Assembly (NCBI GenBank): GCA_943787795.1
Contig: CALSNU010000004.1
Span: 608,001 to 672,000 of the forward strand
Reading direction: 5' to 3'
Length of the DNA stretch: 64,000 nt
Source of the DNA: an uncultured bacterium
GTDB taxonomy: Bacteria; Planctomycetota; UBA1135; GCA-002686595
A model generated the notes under the pieces. That model made no database searches, was not told where the DNA came from, and saw only the letters and a program-made list of their open reading frames with translations. Each line of letters starts with the position of its first letter. Within the stretch, counting starts at the first letter, position 1. Position numbers and translations under genes: made by a program. Below, one piece after another: positions 55,749 to 64,000 of this stretch.

Positions 55749-56939
55749 TCAGCCCAGGGCCGCGAGCCGCTCCACGAGGCGATCCACGTCGGCCTCGACC
55801 TGGTACAGCCCGAAGCCGAAGCGCAGCCGGTCGCCCCGCGCGTCCGTGATGACCCGCGCCTCGAGGAGGCGCCGCTGGAGGTCGCGCGCGTCACCTCGTC
55901 GGAAGGTCAGGAAGTGGCCGCGGCGCGCGCCCGGGACCTCATGGCGGCCGGGGATCAGCTCGGACAGGTCGAGGGGCCCCGCGTCGCCCGCGCCGACCCG
56001 GTCGAGGAACCGCTCCTGAAGCGCCACGACGTGATCGTGGATGGCGGCCACGGTGACCCCCTCGGCCTCGAGGAGCTCGAAGACCGCCTGAAGCCGATGG
56101 AACGGGGTCGGCTCGAAGGTCGCCCCCAGCATCCGGGAGGCGCCGGGGTCGTAGCCCACCTGCCCCCCCTGCTCCCCATCGAGCGACCCGAAGCCGGCGA
56201 ACCAGCCCGTGAACTCCGGCCGCTCCTCGCGCCCATCCGGCGCCACGATGAACGAGACCCCCTCGCCCGCCATGGCGTACTTGTAGCCGCCGCTCATGTA
56301 GTAGAGCCGGTCGGCGTGGGGCGCCAGGTCGGTCGGCAGGGCGAAGAAGCCGTGGTAACCGTCCACCACACAGGCGGTCTCCTCGGGCAGCGCAGAGAGC
56401 AGCTCAAACACCTCGTCGAAAGCGTGGCCCGAGGAGAAGAACACGTGGCTCGCGAAGGCGAGGTCCCAGGGGCCGTCCGCCGCGGCCGCCTCGAAGCGCT
56501 CGGGCAGGGTGTCGAAGGGCTCGGCGGCGACCTGGGTCCAATGGACCCGCCCGCTCTCCTCGAAGCGCTTCATCTGGCGCGTGAAGCTGTGGAACTCGGC
56601 GTCGGTGGAGAGCACGCGCAGGGGCCGGTGCTCGTTCCACGCGGGCAGCGCGCTCATGAGGCGCAGGATCAGATCGTGGGTGTTCGCCGAGAAGGCCACG
56701 CGATTCGGGTCCGCCACCCCGAGGGTCTTCGCCACGCCGGCCTGGCAGGCGGGATAGACCTCGGAGAAGAAGCGCCCCCACTTCTCGTCCGCGAGAGTGA
56801 CCGCGTCCTCGAAGGCCCGCAGGTGCGCCGCGCGCGCCGCGTCGGGCCACAGGTGGTGGCTGTGGGCCGCGAAGTGCAGCCGCTCGGGCTCGGCGGCGAG
56901 GGCGGTGCGAAAGAGGTGGGTGACGTCGAGGGTGCTCAC
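55749..56939 (-). CDS. Class V PLP-dependent enzyme (kynureninase/cysteine desulfurase-like)
   Basis: HFAAHSHH, SHVFF, VDGYH, SGGYKY PLP-lysine motif, LRFGF. GTG start at 56939; the rest of the 1198-aa ORF is antisense shadow. Confidence 0.85.
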   Translation of the reverse strand: MSTLDVTHLFRTALAAEPERLHFAAHSHHLWPDAARAAHLRAFEDAVTLADEKWGRFFSEVYPACQAGVAKTLGVADPNRVAFSANTHDLILRLMSALPAWNEHRPLRVLSTDAEFHSFTRQMKRFEESGRVHWTQVAAEPFDTLPERFEAAAADGPWDLAFASHVFFSSGHAFDEVFELLSALPEETACVVDGYHGFFALPTDLAPHADRLYYMSGGYKYAMAGEGVSFIVAPDGREERPEFTGWFAGFGSLDGEQGGQVGYDPGASRMLGATFEPTPFHRLQAVFELLEAEGVTVAAIHDHVVALQERFLDRVGAGDAGPLDLSELIPGRHEVPGARRGHFLTFRRGDARDLQRRLLEARVITDARGDRLRFGFGLYQVEADVDRLVERLAALG

Positions 56940-57041
56940 GCCGCGAGGGTAACCGGGAGGCGGTGGAGCGAGTATCCCGGCTGCGGATAGACTCGGGAAC
57001 GCCACGAAGCCCATCCCTCTCCAAAGCCCCATCCCCCCGCG

Positions 57042-58403
57042 ATGAGCCAGACCTTCGACCGCCGCTCCCTCCTCGTCACCGCCGGTGCCGCCACCGCCAC
57101 CCTCCTCGGCGCGTGCGCCACCCAGACCCAGCGACAGGTCGCCCCCCGCGCCGCAGGGAGGAAGCTGCGGCACGGCGCCATCGCCTGCGGGGGCATGGGC
57201 TTCAGCGACCTGCGTGCGCTGGCCAGCCACCCCGAGATCGAGGTCGTGGCGCTCTGCGACGTGGACACCGCCCGCATCGAGGGCGCACGCAAGTTCGGGA
57301 CGAACGCCCGCGAGTTCCAGGACTGGCGGGTGATGCTCGACGAGATGGCCGGGGAGATGGACTCGGTCCACGTCTCGACCCCCGACCACATGCACGCGGC
57401 CATCGCCATGGCCGCCATGGCCCGGGGCCTGCACGTGTACTGCCAGAAGCCCCTGACGAAGACCGTCGCCGAGGCGCGCGCCATGCGGCGCATGGCGGCC
57501 GAGACCGGCGTGGTCACCCAGATGGGCATCCAGAACCACTCCAACCAGAACTACGCCCGCGCGCTGGCGCTCTTCCGCCAGGACCTCATCGGCAAGATCC
57601 ACGAGGTGCACGTGTGGTCCGACCGCCCCGCGGGGTGGTGGCCCCAGGGCGTCGAGCGGCCCGAGGGGTCTGACCCGATCCCCGAGACCCTGGACTGGGA
57701 CGCCTGGCTCGGCGTCGCGCCGGAGCGCCCCTTCAAGGCCGGTGAGTACCACCCCTTCAAGTGGCGCGGCCGGGAGGACTTCGGCACCGGCGCCCAGGGC
57801 GACATGGCGTGCCACCTCATGGACCCGGTCCCGTGGTTCCTCGGCCTCGACTCGCCGCTGACGATTCGCTCGGACGGCCCGGCTCCGAACGGCGAGAGCT
57901 TCCCGCTCTGGTCCCGGGTGCACTACACCTTCGCGCCCAACAGGCTCACGACCCGCGGCCCGCTCCCGGTGACCTGGCACGACGGAGGGATGCTGCCCCC
58001 CGAGGACCTGCTCGCGTCCCTCGGCACCGACCGCGCCTCGCTCCCGAAGAACGCCTGCCTGTTCGTGGGCACCAAGGGCGCCCTGATCGCCAACCCCTAC
58101 GGCGAGCCGCAGCTCCTGCCCGCGGAGGGCTACGCCGAGGTCGGGCTGCCCGACGTGAAGGGCACGAACCACTGGCACCAGTGGATCGACGCCTGCCGCG
58201 GAGAGGGCGAGGCCTCCGCGCCCTTCGACTACGCGGCCAAGCTGACCGAGGTCGCGCTGCTGGGGAACATCGCCCTGCGCTTCCCCCACGAGACCCTGAC
58301 CTACGACGGAGACGCCATGCGCTTCACGGACCGACCCGAGGCCGACCCCTTCCTCTACCCGAACGAGCGCGCGGGCTGGAAGATCGAGGGACTGGGAGCC
58401 TGA
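57042..58403 (+). CDS. Tat-exported Gfo/Idh/MocA oxidoreductase
   Basis: FDRRSLL Tat motif; ACGGMG, STPDHMH, HVYCQKPL, GDMACHLMD. Confidence 0.92.
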   Translation: MSQTFDRRSLLVTAGAATATLLGACATQTQRQVAPRAAGRKLRHGAIACGGMGFSDLRALASHPEIEVVALCDVDTARIEGARKFGTNAREFQDWRVMLDEMAGEMDSVHVSTPDHMHAAIAMAAMARGLHVYCQKPLTKTVAEARAMRRMAAETGVVTQMGIQNHSNQNYARALALFRQDLIGKIHEVHVWSDRPAGWWPQGVERPEGSDPIPETLDWDAWLGVAPERPFKAGEYHPFKWRGREDFGTGAQGDMACHLMDPVPWFLGLDSPLTIRSDGPAPNGESFPLWSRVHYTFAPNRLTTRGPLPVTWHDGGMLPPEDLLASLGTDRASLPKNACLFVGTKGALIANPYGEPQLLPAEGYAEVGLPDVKGTNHWHQWIDACRGEGEASAPFDYAAKLTEVALLGNIALRFPHETLTYDGDAMRFTDRPEADPFLYPNERAGWKIEGLGA

Positions 58404-58592
58404 TCCCCGCCGCACCGCGCGGCGGCTGACCGTTGGCCGCCGCCGTCTCGACCGCCATGAATCGCCGCGAGGGGGCCCTGAGAGGGGCCCTCTGCGGCGA
58501 TTTGTCATGGGGCATGGAATATGGGGCGGGTCCAGAGGTACAGAAGCATCTCGCCGACCTCTTCCCCGCCGCACCCGGACCACCCGCACAAG

Positions 58593-59489
58593 ATGACCCC
58601 GAGCCGATCCTCCATCGAGAGCCCCATGGCGCCAGCCTCCGGCTGGCCCGTCCTGATCGCCGTACTCCTGACCCCGCCTCTCCTGCTGCTCGGCGGGGCC
58701 GGCCTCAACGCAGCGGACGTCCCCGAGGGCGTGATCGGACTCGGCGTCGCCATCGTCGGGGTGGCGTGGTTCATCTGCCTCTGCGGCTTCTACATCGTCA
58801 ACCCGAACATGAGCCGGGTGATGGTGCTCTTCGGCAACTACCGGGGCACGGTGCGCAGGCCCGGCTTCTGGTGGACGAATCCCTTCACGGTGAAGAACAA
58901 GCTCTCGCTCCGCGCGCACAACGTGTCCAGCGAGAAGATCAAGGTGAACGACTCGGTGGGCAACCCCATCGAGATCGGCGCCGTGGTCGTCTGGAAGATC
59001 CACGACACCGCCCAGGCGAGCTTCGACGTGGAGGACTACGTGGAGTACGTGGACATCCAGGTCGAGGCCGCGGTCCGCACCCTCGCCAGCGCTCACCCCT
59101 ACGACGAGCCCGGGGGCGACGAGTCGGTCGTCTCCCTGCGCGGCGACCGCGATGAGGTCACGGCCGAGCTGCAGGTCGCCCTCTCCGAGCGCCTCGAGCG
59201 CGCCGGGGTCGAGGTGGTCGAGGCGCGCCTGAGCCACCTGGCCTATGCGCCAGAGATCGCCTCTGTGATGCTTCAGCGCCAGCAGGCCCAGGCCATCATC
59301 GCCGCCCGGCGCCAGATCGTCGAGGGCGCCGTCGGCATGGTCCACGAGGCCCTCGAGATGCTGAAGGAGGGTGACGTGGTCACCCTGGACGACGAGCGCA
59401 AGGCGGCGCTGGTGGGCAACCTGCTCGTGGTCCTCTGCGGCCAGGAGAGCGCCCAGCCGATCCTCAACACCGGCTCGCTCTCCAGCTGA
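58593..59489 (+). CDS. SPFH/Band 7 membrane protein
   Basis: Two TM helices; [43 protein letters not shown]. Confidence 0.92.
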   Translation: MTPSRSSIESPMAPASGWPVLIAVLLTPPLLLLGGAGLNAADVPEGVIGLGVAIVGVAWFICLCGFYIVNPNMSRVMVLFGNYRGTVRRPGFWWTNPFTVKNKLSLRAHNVSSEKIKVNDSVGNPIEIGAVVVWKIHDTAQASFDVEDYVEYVDIQVEAAVRTLASAHPYDEPGGDESVVSLRGDRDEVTAELQVALSERLERAGVEVVEARLSHLAYAPEIASVMLQRQQAQAIIAARRQIVEGAVGMVHEALEMLKEGDVVTLDDERKAALVGNLLVVLCGQESAQPILNTGSLSS

Positions 59490-59591
59490 TCGGGCGACGC
59501 GGCGAGGAGAAGTCAGGGCGCGGGAGCGATGCTCTCGCTAGGGTCTCCGCTCCCGCCGGCGCTGCTCCGGCCCAGCTCCCCCCGTTCCCCA

Positions 59592-60821
59592 ATGGCTCCC
59601 ACCCTCCACCTCGAGTGGCTCGCCGACGGCGACCTCCTCTCCGTCCCCGGCTGGCGCGGGGCGGGCATCAAGACCGGCGTCAAGGAGAGCGGCGCCCCGG
59701 ACCTGGCCCTGTTCCAGGCCGACAGCCCCCGGCCGGCCGCGGCGGTGTTCACACGCAACGAGCTGCCCGCCGCATGCGTCCTGCTCGGCCGCCAGGCCAT
59801 GGCCCGCCGCCCGGAGCTCCGCACCCTGTGCGTGAACTCGGGGAACGCGAACGCCATGACCGGCGCCCAGGGCCGCGCGGACGCCGAGCGCATCGCGGAG
59901 CTGGTCGAGCGTCACGCCGGCGGTCCCGCCCTCGCGGTCTCCACCGGCATCATCGGCGTGCCGCTCCCCATGGGGCTGGTGGAGCCCGGCATCGAGGAGG
60001 CCGCGCGCTCGCTCACTGCGCCCTGCCCCCAGCTCGCGGACGCGATCCTCACCACCGACACGTGCCGCAAGACCTGCGCCGTGGAAGCGGAGCTGCCCGC
60101 CCACGGGGATCAGCCCGCTCGCGTGGTGCGCGTGGGCGGCATGGCCAAGGGGTCGGGGATGATCCACCCCAACATGGCCACCATGCTCGCCTTCGTGGCC
60201 ACCGACGCCCCGGTCGAGACGGGGGCCCTCGACGGGCTCCTCCGGCGGGCCACCGACGCCTCCTTCCACGAGATCAGCGTGGACGGAGACACCAGCACCA
60301 ATGACACGGTGGTCCTCCTCGGCGGCCCCTCTGGAGCGCAGGACATCACCGATGGCGACCCGCGCCTCCCGGCCCTGGAGGCCGCCGTCACCGCGGTCAT
60401 GCAGCGCCTCGCGAGGGCGATCGTGCTCGACGGTGAGGGGCGCACCCGGCTCATGGAGCTCCACGTGACCGGAGCGAGGGACACGGCCAGCGCGCGGCGC
60501 GTGGCGGAGAGCGTGGCGTGCTCCTCCCTGGTCAAGACCGCGCTCGCTGGCGGGGATCCCAACTGGGGTCGCATCCTGGCCGCAGCCGCCAACGCGGGCG
60601 TGTCGCTGGAGGGCGCAGCGCCGTCGCTTGAGGTCTGCGGCCACCGGGTCTTCGAGGACGGCGCTCCCACCGACTACGACCGCGGGGAGGTGGACACCGC
60701 GTTCTCCGCCGAGGAGGTCCAGGTGGTCCTCCATCTCGGCCTCGGCGACGCGATCGCGCGGCGCTGGACCACGGACCTCTCCACCGAGTACGTGCGGCTC
60801 AACGCCGAGTACACCACCTGA
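59592..60821 (+). CDS. argJ: Ornithine acetyltransferase/N-acetylglutamate synthase ArgJ
   Basis: NSGNANA, STGIIG, KGSGMIHPNMATML (autocleavage Thr), DGDTSTND, DPNWGR, terminal NAEYTT. Confidence 0.96.
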   Translation: MAPTLHLEWLADGDLLSVPGWRGAGIKTGVKESGAPDLALFQADSPRPAAAVFTRNELPAACVLLGRQAMARRPELRTLCVNSGNANAMTGAQGRADAERIAELVERHAGGPALAVSTGIIGVPLPMGLVEPGIEEAARSLTAPCPQLADAILTTDTCRKTCAVEAELPAHGDQPARVVRVGGMAKGSGMIHPNMATMLAFVATDAPVETGALDGLLRRATDASFHEISVDGDTSTNDTVVLLGGPSGAQDITDGDPRLPALEAAVTAVMQRLARAIVLDGEGRTRLMELHVTGARDTASARRVAESVACSSLVKTALAGGDPNWGRILAAAANAGVSLEGAAPSLEVCGHRVFEDGAPTDYDRGEVDTAFSAEEVQVVLHLGLGDAIARRWTTDLSTEYVRLNAEYTT

Positions 60822-60824
60822 CCA

Positions 60825-60844
60825 CCGCGCGCCGAAGCGCGCGG
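60825..60844. terminator. GC hairpin between convergent argJ and glgP
   Basis: CCGCGCGC-CGAA-GCGCGCGG; no clear U-tract. Confidence 0.45.
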
Positions 60845-60860
60845 CGATCGGCCGGCCTCC

Positions 60861-62942
60861 TCAGAGGTAGACGTTCCTCACGTAGTCGCCCACCATCCGG
60901 TGCGTATTGAATTGCCCGGGGATCGTCATCAGGGAGTGGCGAGCCCGCTCCATCCAGCGGCGAGGCAGACCCGTCTTGTCGCGATCGAAGAACTCAGGGA
61001 CGAGCTCACGCTCGAGCAGATCAACGAGGGCATCCGCGTCATAGGCGTCCTGCTTGCGGCGGCTCTTGAACTCGCTGCCGTCGCCGATGGCCCAGCCGTT
61101 CTCGCCATCGAAGCCCTCGGGCCACCAGCCGTCGAGGATCGACGCGTTCAGGCCCCCGTGCAGGGGCGGCTTCATGCCGCTGGTTCCGCTGGCCTCGTTG
61201 GGTCGGATCGGGTTGTTGAGCCACACGTCGCAGCCGCTGGTGAGCACGCGCCCCACCTGCATGTCGTACTCCTCGAGCAGGGCGACCCTGCCCTTGAAGC
61301 CCGCCTTGCGAGCCTGGGTGTGGATGATCTGCGCGAGCTCCTGCCCGCCCTCGTCGCGGGGATGCGCCTTGCCTGCGAACACCAGCTGCACCGGCCGGTC
61401 GGGATCACCGAGCAGCGCCGCGAGGCGCTTGGCCTCCTTGAAAATGAGCGGGGCCCGCTTGTAGGTGGCGAAGCGCCGCGCGAAGCCGAGGGTCAGCGCG
61501 TCCTCGTCGAAGGCGCGGTACGCCTCGGCCACGGCCGCGGCCCCCTCGCCGCGCCGCGCCGCCTGACGCGCGAGGCGGGTCCGAACGAAGTGCACCAGTC
61601 GGCTGCGGAGCGTCTTGCGGAGCTCCCAGAGGGCCTCGAGGGGGATCTTGGACGCCCTCTTCCAGGGGTCGTCGTCCGGCCCCATGCCGTTCCACTTGAC
61701 CTTGAGGTAGCGGCGATAGAGCTCGTCCGCCTCCGGCGCGAGCCAGGTCCGCGCGTGAATGCCGTTGGTCACGTGCCCGATGGGCACGTCCGCGACCTCT
61801 TCCACGTCAAAGACCCCCTTCCACATCTCCCGGCTCACGTGACCGTGCAGCTCCGCCACGCCGTTCACGTTTCGCGCCGTGTTGAGGCCAAGCACCGTCA
61901 TGCAGACCGGCTCGAGACGATCTCCGGGGTTCTCGCGGCCCAGGTCAGCGAACGCCTCCGCGCTGAGGCCCAACTCCTTGAGGATCGGGCGCAGGTACTT
62001 GCCCACGTCCTTCGCGCCGTAGCGGTCATGCCCCGCGGGCACGGGCGTGTGGGTCGTGAAGACCGTGCTCTCGCGGACCGCCGCGAACGCCGCGTCATAG
62101 CTCTTGCCGCGGGCCATCATCGCACGCATGCGCTCCACCGCGGCGAAGGCCGCGTGGCCCTCGTTGAGGTGGACGACCGTGGGCTTGAAGCGCATGGCCT
62201 CGAGGGCCCGGGCGCCCCCCACTCCCAGCAGGACCTGCTGGCGAAGGCGCAGGTCCGGCTCTCCCTTGTAGAGACCCTCGGTCAGCTGGCGGTGGGCCTT
62301 GGGCTCACCCTCGATGTCCGCGTCCAGCAGGTACAGGGAGACCCGCCCCACCTGCTGCTTCCAGATCTTGGCCCGGACCATCTTCCCACCGATGGGGCAT
62401 TGGACCTCCTTGCCCGTGTCGACGATCGGCAGGTCGCCGAACTCCACCGTCGGGTAGAGCACGCGGGTCGAGCCGTCGCCGCGCAGCTCCTGGATGTAGT
62501 AGCCGTGGCGGTAAAGGAGCCCGACGCCCACGAAGGGGATGCCGAGGTCCGAGGCGGACTTCACGTGGTCCCCGGCGAGGACGCCCAGGCCACCGGAGTA
62601 CTGCTGGAGGCTCTCGTGGATCGCGAACTCGCTGCAGAAGTACGCGACCTTGAGGTCGGGGTTACGCGGGGCGACCTTGCGCTCGAACCAGGTCTGCGCC
62701 GCGTAGTAGTCCCTCCCGGCGGCCTCCGCGTCCTCGAGCAGGCGGACGAACCGCTCGTCCGCCGCGCAGGCGTCGAGGCGCGCGCTGGGGACGCGGCGCA
62801 GGGTCTCCAGCGGCGCGTGCTGCGTCGCCTCCCATTGCATGGGATCGAGCGCGCCGAACACGGCCTGGGTGGTCGGGCACCAGGACCAGCGGAGATCGAG
62901 GGCGAGGGCGGAGAGGCGCTTGGCGAGGGCTTTTGTCTTCAT
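60861..62942 (-). CDS. glgP: Alpha-glucan phosphorylase (GT35)
   Basis: YSGGLGVLAGDH, HLNEGHA, FTTHTPV, ARRFATYKR, EASGTSGMK. Confidence 0.96.
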   Translation of the reverse strand: MKTKALAKRLSALALDLRWSWCPTTQAVFGALDPMQWEATQHAPLETLRRVPSARLDACAADERFVRLLEDAEAAGRDYYAAQTWFERKVAPRNPDLKVAYFCSEFAIHESLQQYSGGLGVLAGDHVKSASDLGIPFVGVGLLYRHGYYIQELRGDGSTRVLYPTVEFGDLPIVDTGKEVQCPIGGKMVRAKIWKQQVGRVSLYLLDADIEGEPKAHRQLTEGLYKGEPDLRLRQQVLLGVGGARALEAMRFKPTVVHLNEGHAAFAAVERMRAMMARGKSYDAAFAAVRESTVFTTHTPVPAGHDRYGAKDVGKYLRPILKELGLSAEAFADLGRENPGDRLEPVCMTVLGLNTARNVNGVAELHGHVSREMWKGVFDVEEVADVPIGHVTNGIHARTWLAPEADELYRRYLKVKWNGMGPDDDPWKRASKIPLEALWELRKTLRSRLVHFVRTRLARQAARRGEGAAAVAEAYRAFDEDALTLGFARRFATYKRAPLIFKEAKRLAALLGDPDRPVQLVFAGKAHPRDEGGQELAQIIHTQARKAGFKGRVALLEEYDMQVGRVLTSGCDVWLNNPIRPNEASGTSGMKPPLHGGLNASILDGWWPEGFDGENGWAIGDGSEFKSRRKQDAYDADALVDLLERELVPEFFDRDKTGLPRRWMERARHSLMTIPGQFNTHRMVGDYVRNVYL

Positions 62943-64000
62943 CGATCCGCCAACCGGTCGGTGGCGTCAAGGAGTTCATGGAGTCGGCGTGCACGTGCCG
63001 CGGTGAGGTCGCGGCGCGACACGCGCCAGGCCCAGTTACCGGAGGGCGTGCCGGGTGTGTTCATGCGGGCCGCGCGGCCCAGCCCGAGGACATCCTGGAG
63101 CTGGAAGAGCGCAGTGTGCGCGCTCGTCGCGCAGGCGGAGCGGATCATATCCGTCGCGACGGTCGGTCCGTCGCCCCCGGTCGCGGCTCGGAACCGCCGC
63201 CTCGTCACGGGGTCGGCGCTCCGCCACCAGCCAGCGCAGGTGTCGTTGTCGTGGGTCGCGGGGTAGACGACCGCGTCCGCGCCGATCGCGTGGGGCGCGT
63301 GGAAGGAGCCCGGGCCGAACCCCCACTGGAGAACCCGCATCCCAGGGAGCTCGAACCGGTCGCGCAGCTCATGGACCTCGGGCGTCACCGATCCGAGGTC
63401 CTCAGCGATGAGCGGGAGGCCGCCGAGCTCCCCTCGAATCGCCTCAAGGAGCTCCTCTCCCGGCGTCTCCATCCAGACTCCGTCGCGCGCGTTCGCGGCG
63501 CCGGCGGGGACCTCCCAGGCGTTCCGGAAGCCGATGAAGTGATCGATCCTGATGGCCTCGAAGAGGTCCATCTGCCGGCGCATACGCGCCCTCCACCACG
63601 CGAAGCCCTCGGCCCGGTGGGCGTCCCAGTCGTAGTGCGGGTGGCCCCAGAGCTGACCGTCCTCGTTCATGGAGTCCGGCGGGCATCCGGTCAGGACAAG
63701 GGGCTGGCCCTCTGCATCAAGACGGAAGAGCTCGGGCCGAGAGCTCACGTCCACCGAGTCCAGCGCCACGAAGATCGGGGCGTCCCCCATGAGGAGCACG
63801 CCGCGCTCGCGGGCGTAGTCCCGCAGGGCGGTCCACTGGCGATCCAGCTGGAACTGGAGGAAGCGAGCGAGCTCGGCATCCTTGGGGCTGGCTCCGTTGG
63901 CCGCGCAGAAGGCGTCCAGCCAGCCGGCCTCGCGCGCGCAGTAGCGATCGAAGGTCGCGCGCTGACGACGGCGGCGCTGCCAGGCCCCGAAGGCCTTCGC
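62939..64000 (-). CDS. malQ: 4-alpha-glucanotransferase (amylomaltase, GH77), 5' end beyond the right edge
   Basis: GDAPIFV, GCPPD, GQLWGHP, RIDHFIG, IAEDLG, THDNDT, RMNTPG...NWAWR; ATGA overlap with glgP. Confidence 0.95.
   Translation of the reverse strand, partial: AKAFGAWQRRRRQRATFDRYCAREAGWLDAFCAANGASPKDAELARFLQFQLDRQWTALRDYARERGVLLMGDAPIFVALDSVDVSSRPELFRLDAEGQPLVLTGCPPDSMNEDGQLWGHPHYDWDAHRAEGFAWWRARMRRQMDLFEAIRIDHFIGFRNAWEVPAGAANARDGVWMETPGEELLEAIRGELGGLPLIAEDLGSVTPEVHELRDRFELPGMRVLQWGFGPGSFHAPHAIGADAVVYPATHDNDTCAGWWRSADPVTRRRFRAATGGDGPTVATDMIRSACATSAHTALFQLQDVLGLGRAARMNTPGTPSGNWAWRVSRRDLTAARARRLHELLDATDRLADR

Noticed and set aside
55749..59345. 1198-aa ORF on the - strand
   Set aside because: Only 55749-56939 has protein motifs. 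The rest is the antisense shadow of the Gfo/Idh/MocA and SPFH genes.

Overview
Very GC-rich, gene-dense bacterial chromosome with about 44 protein genes. I saw no rRNA, tRNA, CRISPR array or mobile element. Gene content (sulfatase, Tat-exported sugar enzymes, secreted M12 peptidases with a Cys-containing 'WYRD' tail) suggests a planctomycete, probably of the OM190/UBA1135 type; this is inference. In order: partial mraZ (missed by the ORF track) with a phased upstream repeat array; AraC regulator; CHI-fold protein; DUF493; sulfatase; a fatty-acid cluster (fadJ-fadI / TetR-fadE-beta-barrel / fadD / acyltransferase); a coupled orphan catabolic operon (enolase-fold, OYE, NRAMP-like, DUF993, Tat TIM-barrel); M12 peptidase; tdk and an Mla/MCE ABC system; a large degenerate phosphatase-like lipoprotein; D-threonine-aldolase-like enzyme; nitrilase; CBS protein; a two-gene NAD-linked formate dehydrogenase; sialidase; second M12 peptidase; oxyR; DUF2891; RND pump; PqaA-like hydrolase; class V PLP enzyme; Gfo/Idh/MocA; SPFH; argJ; glgP; partial malQ. 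Best leads: (1) a selenocysteine formate dehydrogenase (in-frame TGA plus SECIS) with an atypical active-site loop and a lost His-Cys3 Fe-S motif; (2) a C-terminal domain shared by three secreted proteins, a candidate sorting signal; (3) the orphan catabolic operon; (4) a lipobox-bearing beta-barrel inside the fad cluster; (5) a G9-tract frameshift separating a signal peptide from DUF2891; (6) MraZ-type boxes spaced 11 bp apart. All family calls are from motif recognition, not database searches.
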